The translations under genes were made by a program, and so were the position numbers. A stretch of 64,000 bases of DNA. Source: an uncultured Blautia sp. (GTDB taxonomy: Bacteria; Bacillota; Clostridia; Lachnospirales; Lachnospiraceae). Numbering within the stretch: the first letter of the stretch is position 1; the number at the start of each line of letters is the position of its first letter. The DNA is taken from contig CAYTNV010000014.1 in NCBI GenBank assembly GCA_964439395.1, positions 3,980 through 67,979 of the forward strand. The letters are read 5' to 3'. Below, piece after piece: positions 57,036 through 64,000 of this stretch. The notes below the pieces were generated by a model. The model was not told the origin of the DNA, did no database searches, and saw only the letters and a program-made list of their open reading frames with translations.

Positions 57036-57171
57036 CATACCGCATCCTATGCCCTACGAGCAAAGGAAACAGCTTTGCTGTTTTATAAGGTATACCCACA
57101 GGGCACACCGTATTTTATGCCCTACGGGCAAAGAAAACAGCTTTGCTGTTTTATAAGGTATAATAAAGGAA
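57036..57171 (+). repeat. 2 x 68-nt tandem direct repeat, each unit carrying a 7-N7-7 palindrome, upstream of gltB
   Basis: Core TATGCCCTACG(A/G)GCAAAG(G/A)AAACAGCTTTGCTGTTTTATAAGGTATA at 57048-57094 and 57116-57162 (45/47 identical). Palindrome AGCAAAG-N7-CTTTGCT followed by GTTTTAT. Confidence 0.85.
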
Positions 57172-57188
57172 GAGAGAAAGGTGATGGA

Positions 57189-60100
57189 ATGATGAATAAG
57201 GAAAAGCAAAATCTTGGATTATATCATTCGAGTTTTGAGCATGATAACTGTGGTATCGGTGCTGTTGTGAATATCAAGGGTAAGAAAAGCCATGAAACGG
57301 TTGTGAATGCATTAAAAATAGTAGAAAACTTAGAACATAGAGCTGGCAAAGATGCCGAAGGAAAAACAGGCGATGGTGTAGGAATTCTGTTGCAGATTTC
57401 TCATAAATTCTTCTCCAAAGCTTGTGAATCCCTCGGCATTTTTTTAGGTGAAGAGAGAGATTACGGAATTGGTATGTTTTTCTTCCCACAAGATGAGTTG
57501 AAGCGAAATCAGGCAAAGAAAATGTTTGAGATTATCGTACAAAAAGAGGGACTTGAATTTTTGGGATGGAGAGAAGTTCCAACGAATCCATCTTTACTTG
57601 GACATAAGGCAGTAAGTTGTATGCCATGTATTATGCAGGGATTTGTAAAGAGACCAGAAGATGTGGAACAGGGACTTGATTTTGATAGAAAACTATTTCT
57701 CGCTAGGAGAGTATTTGAACAAAGTAATGATAATACTTATGTGGTATCCTTATCGAGCAGAACTATTGTGTATAAAGGAATGTTCCTAGTAGGTCAGCTT
57801 CGAGTTTTCTTTGATGATCTTCACAACGTAAACTATGAGTCGGCGATTGCGCTTGTACATTCTAGATTTAGTACAAATACAACTCCTAGCTGGGAGAAAG
57901 CACATCCATATCGTTTCTTAGTTCATAATGGAGAGATTAATACAATTCGCGGTAATGCCGATAAGATGCTTGCCCGCGAGGAAAATATGGAATCTGAGTA
58001 TTTAAAACATGAAATGCATAAAATTATGCCAGTAGTCAATCCAAACGGATCTGACTCAGCAAGACTCGATAATACATTAGAGTTTTTAGTAATGAGTGGT
58101 ATGGAGCTTCCACTTGCTGTTATGATTACCGTTCCAGAACCATGGCAAAATAATGATACATTAGATACAAAGAAGAAGGATTTTTATCAGTACTATGAAA
58201 CAATGATGGAGCCTTGGGATGGACCGGCATCTATTCTCTTTACAGATGGTGATATTATGGGGGCAATCCTTGATAGAAATGGTCTTCGTCCATCTAGATA
58301 CTATATTACATCCGATGACCAGTTGATTTTATCTTCCGAGGTTGGAGTATTAGAAATTGATCCAGCAAAGATTGTGAAAAAAGAGAGATTACATCCAGGA
58401 AAAATGCTTCTTGTCGATACAGTAAAAGGAGAGCTTATTGATGATGAGGAGATTAAAAATAAATATGCAAAACAGCATCCATACGGGGAGTGGTTGGATA
58501 GTAATTTAATTCACTTAAAAGATTTGAAAATTCCAAATCAGAAAGTGGAGGAGTATCCAAAAGAGGAGCGAGCAAAATTATTAAAGGCGTTTGGATACTC
58601 TTATGAGGATTTAAGGACAGCTATTTTGCCGATGGCAAGAGATGGTTCTGAGGCAATCGCAGCAATGGGTACTGATTCTCCGATTGCAGTTATGTCAAAA
58701 AAGAGGCAGCCATTATTTAATTATTTTAAGCAATTATTTGCACAGGTTACAAACCCACCTATTGATGCTATTCGAGAAGAGATTGTTACATCTACAAGTG
58801 TTTATATCGGAAAAGGCGGTAACTTGCTTGAAGCAATTCCAGAAAATTGTCATTTACTAAAAGTAAATAATCCTATTTTAACAAATACAGATATTTTGAA
58901 AATTAGAAATATGAAAGTGGAGGGATTAAAGGCAGCAGATGTGCCAATTACTTACTATAAAAATACACCACTTGAGAGAGCATTAAATCGTTTGTTTGTT
59001 GAGGTTGATCGTGCCCATAGAGATGGAGCGAATATTATTATTTTGACAGACCGCGGTGTGGATGAAAATCACGTTGCAATTCCTTCATTACTTGCGGTAT
59101 CTGCAGTACATCATCATTTAATTGATACAAAGAAGAGTACTTCTGTCGCATTGATTCTAGAAAGTGGTGAGCCAAGAGACGTGCATCATTTTGCTACATT
59201 GCTTGGATACGGTGCATGTGCGATTAATCCGTATTTGGCCCAGCTTAGTATTAAAAAATTAATTGAAGATAATATGCTTCAAAAAGATTATTATGCTGCA
59301 GTAGAAGATTATAATAGTGCGATTTTGCATGGTATTGTAAAAATTGCGTCTAAGATGGGTATTTCTACAATTCAGTCTTATCAGGGCTCTCAGATCTTTG
59401 AGGCGATTGGTATTAGCAGTCAAGTAATTGAGAAATATTTTACAAATACAGTGAGTCGGGTAGAAGGTATTACATTGAAAGATATTGAAAATAATGTGGA
59501 TGCTCTTCATACGAAGGCGTTTGATCCGCTTGGACTGGATAATGATTTGACACTTGAGAGTGTTGGCTCACATAAATTTAGAAGTGGAAAGGAAAAACAT
59601 TTATACAATCCTATGACAATCCACTTATTGCAACAGTCCACAAAAATTGGAGATTATAATTTATTTAAACAATATACAGAGGCTATTGATAAAGAATTAG
59701 AGCCTGGAACACTTCGTGGATTAATGGAATTTAATTATCCAGAAAAAGGAGTTCCAATTGAGGAAGTTGAGAGTGTTGACTCTATCGTGAAGAGATTTAA
59801 GACGGGTGCTATGTCTTACGGATCTATCTCACAGGAGGCACATGAGACATTGGCCATTGCTATGAATATGTTGGGTGGTAAGTCGAATAGTGGTGAGGGT
59901 GGTGAAAGTCTTGAGAGATTGACAATCGGAAAAGATGGACTCAATCGCTGCTCTGCAATTAAGCAAGTTGCATCTGGACGTTTTGGCGTTACATCTAAAT
60001 ATTTAGTAAGCGCAAAAGAGATTCAGATTAAGATGGCGCAGGGAGCAAAACCAGGTGAAGGTGGACATTTGCCGGGGGGAAAAGTATATCCTTGGATTGC

Positions 60101-61724
60101 AAAGACAAGACATTCCACACCAGGTGTAAGTTTAATCTCCCCACCACCTCATCATGATATTTATTCTATCGAGGATTTGGCACAGCTTATTTACGACTGT
60201 AAAAATGCAAATAAAGATGCTAGAATTTCCGTTAAATTAGTATCTGAGGCGGGAGTCGGAACTGTTGCTGCAGGTGTTGCAAAGGCAGGCGCACAAGTTA
60301 TCTTAGTATCAGGATACGATGGAGGAACTGGCGCCGCACCTAGAACATCTATTTATAATGCGGGTCTTCCTTGGGAGCTTGGTCTTGCCGAGACACATCA
60401 GACTTTGATTATGAATGAACTTCGAAATAAAGTTATATTAGAGACAGATGGTAAATTGATGACAGGACGCGATGTGGCAGTCGCTGCTATTCTTGGAGCG
60501 GAGGAGTTTGGATTTGCGACAGCCCCACTTGTAACAATGGGATGTGTCATGATGCGCGTCTGTAATATGGATACTTGTCCAGTCGGTGTTGCCACTCAAA
60601 ATCCAGAGCTTAGAAAGCGTTTTAAAGGAAAACCAGAGTATGTTGTAAACTTTATGAAGTTTATCGCGCAGGAGCTTAGAGAGCATATGGCTAAATTAGG
60701 TGTCCGCACAGTGGATGAGTTAGTTGGGCAGTCTCATTTCTTGAAACCAAATGCTTTGTCCAAAGAATTAAATGTAGATTTGAGCAATATTTTAAATAAT
60801 CCGTTTGAGCAGGTAGGACAAAAGATTGAGTATGCAAAGAAAAATGTATATGATTTCGAGCTAGAAAAAACATTGGATGAGAGAGTTTTAATGAAGAAAT
60901 TCAAGGGAGCTCTTGAGAGAAAACAGAAAAAGACAATTGAGATTGATGTCACAAATATTGACCGTGCATTTGGAACAATTTTTGGTTCCGAGATTACAAA
61001 ACGTTATCATAATACGCTAGATGACGATACATTTACAGTAAAATGCCACGGCGCTGGTGGACAGAGCTTTGGTGCTTTCATTCCAAAGGGACTTACACTT
61101 GAGTTAATTGGAGACAGCAATGATTATTTTGGAAAAGGATTATCTGGCGGTAAATTAATTGTCTATCCAAAACCAGAAAGCAAGTTTAAGGCAGAGGAAA
61201 ATATCATTATTGGTAACGTCGCATTCTACGGTGCGACAAGCGGAAAAGCATTTATCAATGGTATCGCGGGAGAGCGTTTCTGCGTTCGTAACTCTGGTGC
61301 AGTTGCAGTTGTAGAAGGTGTCGGAGAGCATGGATGTGAGTATATGACAGGTGGCTGTGCTGTTATTATCGGACCAGTTGGAAAGAACTTTGCGGCTGGT
61401 ATGAGTGGCGGTATTGCATACGTATTAGATGAAGAGACAGATTTGTATACAAAGGTAAATAAGCAGCTTGTTTCTCTTGAAACTGTGACAGCAAAATACG
61501 ATGTATTAGAGCTTAAGGCATTGATTGAGGAGCATGTGGCTTGCACAAACTCTGAAAAAGGAAAAGAGATTTTAGAGCATTTTGAAAAGTATCTGCCTAA
61601 ATTTAAGAAAATCATTCCTCATGATTATAGACATATGATGCATAGCATTGTTCGTATGGAGGAAAGAGGACTTAGCAACGAGCAGGCGCAAATTGAGGCG
61701 TTCTACGCAAATAAGAGAGGATAG
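57189..61724 (+). CDS. gltB: Glutamate synthase large subunit
   Basis: MMNKEK...HDNCGIGAV (Ntn-amidotransferase Cys), then the FMN and GXGXG domains. The ATG at 57189 follows GAAAGGTG. The upstream part of the 1591-codon ORF is non-coding repeat sequence. Confidence 0.95.
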   Translation: MMNKEKQNLGLYHSSFEHDNCGIGAVVNIKGKKSHETVVNALKIVENLEHRAGKDAEGKTGDGVGILLQISHKFFSKACESLGIFLGEERDYGIGMFFFPQDELKRNQAKKMFEIIVQKEGLEFLGWREVPTNPSLLGHKAVSCMPCIMQGFVKRPEDVEQGLDFDRKLFLARRVFEQSNDNTYVVSLSSRTIVYKGMFLVGQLRVFFDDLHNVNYESAIALVHSRFSTNTTPSWEKAHPYRFLVHNGEINTIRGNADKMLAREENMESEYLKHEMHKIMPVVNPNGSDSARLDNTLEFLVMSGMELPLAVMITVPEPWQNNDTLDTKKKDFYQYYETMMEPWDGPASILFTDGDIMGAILDRNGLRPSRYYITSDDQLILSSEVGVLEIDPAKIVKKERLHPGKMLLVDTVKGELIDDEEIKNKYAKQHPYGEWLDSNLIHLKDLKIPNQKVEEYPKEERAKLLKAFGYSYEDLRTAILPMARDGSEAIAAMGTDSPIAVMSKKRQPLFNYFKQLFAQVTNPPIDAIREEIVTSTSVYIGKGGNLLEAIPENCHLLKVNNPILTNTDILKIRNMKVEGLKAADVPITYYKNTPLERALNRLFVEVDRAHRDGANIIILTDRGVDENHVAIPSLLAVSAVHHHLIDTKKSTSVALILESGEPRDVHHFATLLGYGACAINPYLAQLSIKKLIEDNMLQKDYYAAVEDYNSAILHGIVKIASKMGISTIQSYQGSQIFEAIGISSQVIEKYFTNTVSRVEGITLKDIENNVDALHTKAFDPLGLDNDLTLESVGSHKFRSGKEKHLYNPMTIHLLQQSTKIGDYNLFKQYTEAIDKELEPGTLRGLMEFNYPEKGVPIEEVESVDSIVKRFKTGAMSYGSISQEAHETLAIAMNMLGGKSNSGEGGESLERLTIGKDGLNRCSAIKQVASGRFGVTSKYLVSAKEIQIKMAQGAKPGEGGHLPGGKVYPWIAKTRHSTPGVSLISPPPHHDIYSIEDLAQLIYDCKNANKDARISVKLVSEAGVGTVAAGVAKAGAQVILVSGYDGGTGAAPRTSIYNAGLPWELGLAETHQTLIMNELRNKVILETDGKLMTGRDVAVAAILGAEEFGFATAPLVTMGCVMMRVCNMDTCPVGVATQNPELRKRFKGKPEYVVNFMKFIAQELREHMAKLGVRTVDELVGQSHFLKPNALSKELNVDLSNILNNPFEQVGQKIEYAKKNVYDFELEKTLDERVLMKKFKGALERKQKKTIEIDVTNIDRAFGTIFGSEITKRYHNTLDDDTFTVKCHGAGGQSFGAFIPKGLTLELIGDSNDYFGKGLSGGKLIVYPKPESKFKAEENIIIGNVAFYGATSGKAFINGIAGERFCVRNSGAVAVVEGVGEHGCEYMTGGCAVIIGPVGKNFAAGMSGGIAYVLDEETDLYTKVNKQLVSLETVTAKYDVLELKALIEEHVACTNSEKGKEILEHFEKYLPKFKKIIPHDYRHMMHSIVRMEERGLSNEQAQIEAFYANKRG

Positions 61725-61736
61725 GAGGAGAAGAAG

Positions 61737-63221
61737 ATGGGAAAGCCAACTGGTTTTTTAGATTATGAGAGAAAAAACAATAAGGCAGTCGAGCCGAAAG
61801 ATAGAATCAAACATTTTAATGAATTCCACACTCCGCTATCTGCAAAAGAAAGACAGATACAGGGAGCAAGATGTATGGATTGTGGTGTGCCATTTTGTCA
61901 ATCTGGTATGTTAATTGGCGGTATGGCATCTGGATGTCCATTAAATAACTTAATTCCAGAGTGGAATGATGCGATTTATCACGGAAACTGGACAGAAGCG
62001 TATAAGAGATTAAAAAAGACAAATCCTTTTCCAGAATTTACAGGAAGAGTTTGTCCAAATCCTTGTGAGGTGGCATGTACTTGTGGATTAAACGGTCCTG
62101 CTATCTCAATTAAGGAAAATGAGTACAGTGTGATTGAGTACGCTTATTCTCACGGTTTAGTAAAGGCGAAGCCACCAGAAATTAGAACAGGAAAGAAGGT
62201 AGCCGTTATCGGCTCTGGACCTTCTGGACTTTCCGCAGCGCAGGCATTGAATAGAAGAGGACATTTTGTGACAGTGTATGAACGCTCTGATAGAATCGGT
62301 GGACTTTTAATGTACGGTATTCCAAATATGAAATTAGAAAAGCATATCATTGATAGACGTGTAAATATAATGAAGGAAGAAGGCATTGAATTTATTACAA
62401 ATACAAATGTCGGAGTTGACATAAAGGCGAGTGAATTATTGAAGAAATACGATAGTATTGTCTTGGCTTGTGGTGCTTCTAATCCTAGAGATTTGAAGGT
62501 AAAAGGAAGAAAGTCAAACGGAATTTATTTTGCAGTTGATTTCTTAAAAGCTACCACAAAGAGTTTATTAGATTCTGGCTTAAAAGATAACCAGTATATT
62601 AGCGCAAAAGGTAAAAATGTATTGGTTATCGGTGGTGGTGATACAGGAAATGACTGTGTCGGAACTTCGATTCGTCACGGTGCCAAGAGCGTCACTCAGC
62701 TTGAGATGATGCCAAAACTTCCAGATGAGAGAGCGGACAATAATCCATGGCCACAGTGGCCAAGAGTGTGCAAGACAGACTATGGTCAAGAAGAATCCAT
62801 CGCAGTGTTTGGAAAAGATCCTCGTGTCTACCAGACTACAGTAAAAGAGTTTATTGCCAATGATAAGGGAGATGTGTGCAAGGCAAAATTAGTAAAGCTT
62901 GAGTCACAAAAAGATCCAAAGACAGGGCGTATGAATATGGTAGAGGTTGCAGGTAGTGAGTATGAAATTCCAGTTGATCTAGTATTGATTGCAGCAGGAT
63001 TTTTAGGTAGTCAGTCTTATGTGACAAATGCATTTGGTGTAGAAGTCAATGAGCGCACAAATGTAAAGACAGCAGCAGGTGCTTATAAGACAAATGTGCC
63101 TAAAGTATTCGTGGCAGGAGATATGCATAGAGGACAGTCTTTAGTTGTATGGGCAATCCGCGAGGGAAAGGAAGCTGCGAGAGAAGTGGATCTTTCTATG
63201 ATGGGATATACAAACTTATAA
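61737..63221 (+). CDS. gltD: Glutamate synthase small subunit (NADPH)
   Basis: Fe-S cysteines CMDCGVPFC and GRVCPNPCEVAC, and Rossmann motifs GSGPSGLSAA and GGGDTGNDC. Confidence 0.95.
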   Translation: MGKPTGFLDYERKNNKAVEPKDRIKHFNEFHTPLSAKERQIQGARCMDCGVPFCQSGMLIGGMASGCPLNNLIPEWNDAIYHGNWTEAYKRLKKTNPFPEFTGRVCPNPCEVACTCGLNGPAISIKENEYSVIEYAYSHGLVKAKPPEIRTGKKVAVIGSGPSGLSAAQALNRRGHFVTVYERSDRIGGLLMYGIPNMKLEKHIIDRRVNIMKEEGIEFITNTNVGVDIKASELLKKYDSIVLACGASNPRDLKVKGRKSNGIYFAVDFLKATTKSLLDSGLKDNQYISAKGKNVLVIGGGDTGNDCVGTSIRHGAKSVTQLEMMPKLPDERADNNPWPQWPRVCKTDYGQEESIAVFGKDPRVYQTTVKEFIANDKGDVCKAKLVKLESQKDPKTGRMNMVEVAGSEYEIPVDLVLIAAGFLGSQSYVTNAFGVEVNERTNVKTAAGAYKTNVPKVFVAGDMHRGQSLVVWAIREGKEAAREVDLSMMGYTNL

Positions 63222-63234
63222 TTATGAAAGAGAA

Positions 63235-63277
63235 GAACAGTCTAGTTAGAGAAAAATGGCTAGGCTGTTTTCTTTTG
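63235..63277 (+). terminator. Terminator after gltD
   Basis: GAACAGTCTAG / CTAGGCTGTTT (11 bp, two G-U pairs), then TCTTTTGG. Confidence 0.6.
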
Positions 63278-63377
63278 GAAATATATACTTTATTATATTT
63301 TTGTCTAGTATTTTTTTTGTTTGTCGTCTATAATAAAGAAAAAAGTTTTTAATAGAGGTGAGGAAGGGGCGAGAGTA

Positions 63378-63926
63378 ATGAATCGACTAATTGGACATTT
63401 TAAGACTATTACACAGCATAAAATTTTAGTGGGAAAAACCTGTTTTCGTGTCGGCCTATACAAGCAAGGATTATTACATGACTTATCCAAATATTCTCCT
63501 GTAGAATTTTTAGCTGGTGTGAAATATTACCAGGGATTTCGAAGTCCAATTTACAAAGAGAAGATAGAGAAGGGATATTCACAAGGGTGGCTCCATCATA
63601 AAGGAAGAAATAAACATCACTATGAATATTGGATAGATTTCTCACCAGAGCCAGGAAAAGGACTGGTAGGAATGAAGATGCCTAAAAAATATGTTGTAGA
63701 GATGTTTATTGACCGTGTCTGTGCGGGAAAAATTTATTTAAAAGATAAATTTACGAATAGTAATCCTATTCAATATTACGAGCAGGGAAGAGATTTCTGT
63801 ATTATACATCCAGATACAGAGAGATTGCTTTTACATTTACTCCGTATGTACGAAAAAAAGGGTGAGGAGTACACGTTAAATTATATTAAAAAAGTAGTTT
63901 TGAGAAATAAAAATGCCGATTATTAG
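63378..63926 (+). CDS. Conserved hypothetical protein (DUF5662-like by recollection)
   Basis: MNRLIGHFKTITQHK...HDLSKYSPVEF...WLHHKGRNKHHYEYW pattern. The ATG at 63378 follows GAGGAAGGGG. Confidence 0.65.
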   Translation: MNRLIGHFKTITQHKILVGKTCFRVGLYKQGLLHDLSKYSPVEFLAGVKYYQGFRSPIYKEKIEKGYSQGWLHHKGRNKHHYEYWIDFSPEPGKGLVGMKMPKKYVVEMFIDRVCAGKIYLKDKFTNSNPIQYYEQGRDFCIIHPDTERLLLHLLRMYEKKGEEYTLNYIKKVVLRNKNADY

Positions 63927-64000
63927 AATTTTTTCTTGATATTTGCATATAATTAAGTTATAATTCTATTATAAAAAAGAGCCTGGGGTGTTCGATACGC

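Noticed and set aside
56949-57188. 80-codon N-terminal extension of the gltB ORF (TTG start at 56949)
   Set aside because: The extension consists of the 68-nt tandem repeat and has no RBS. The canonical GltB N-terminus (MMNKEK...NCGIG) begins at the ATG at 57189, behind GAAAGGTG.

Overview
AT-rich, Firmicutes/Clostridia-type chromosomal core region. The taxon is inferred from gene content and GGAGG-type ribosome binding sites. About 50 genes are densely packed, mostly housekeeping. In order: an EF-G/Tet(M)-like GTPase fused to a NYN domain; a small-protein plus P1B-ATPase unit; cfa; tspO; a pdxK/radical-SAM/PH-domain operon; GH36 alpha-galactosidase with an AraC regulator; a complete type II fatty-acid synthesis block (acpP-fabK-fabD-fabG-fabF-accB-fabZ-accC-accD-accA plus a second FabK-like gene, with no fabH); trpS; an orphan peptide-binding lipoprotein with two desuccinylase/aspartoacylase-family paralogs; purL; hflX; ptsH-ptsI; gatCAB; two Big_2 surface proteins; a MurJ/SpoVB-like flippase; an orphan sugar-binding lipoprotein; a CDF metal exporter behind a NiCo-type riboswitch; thrC; the queD-queE-folE-queC operon; gltB-gltD. 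I recognised no rRNA, tRNA, CRISPR array, transposase or prophage gene. The items most worth a second look are: (1) the GTPase-NYN (YacP/Rae1-like) fusion; (2) a roughly 145-nt non-coding element present twice in the same orientation, once in the que operon leader and once orphan; (3) a 2 x 68-nt tandem repeat carrying palindromes directly upstream of gltB; (4) a translationally coupled pair of catalytically intact and degenerate desuccinylase-family paralogs next to an orphan peptide-binding protein; (5) several leaders that end in intrinsic terminators but match no riboswitch or T-box class I can recognise (cfa, trpS, the peptide-binding protein gene), plus a RAT-like antiterminator site in front of ptsH. 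All homology statements come from reading motifs by eye and from memory of protein families. No database search was run.
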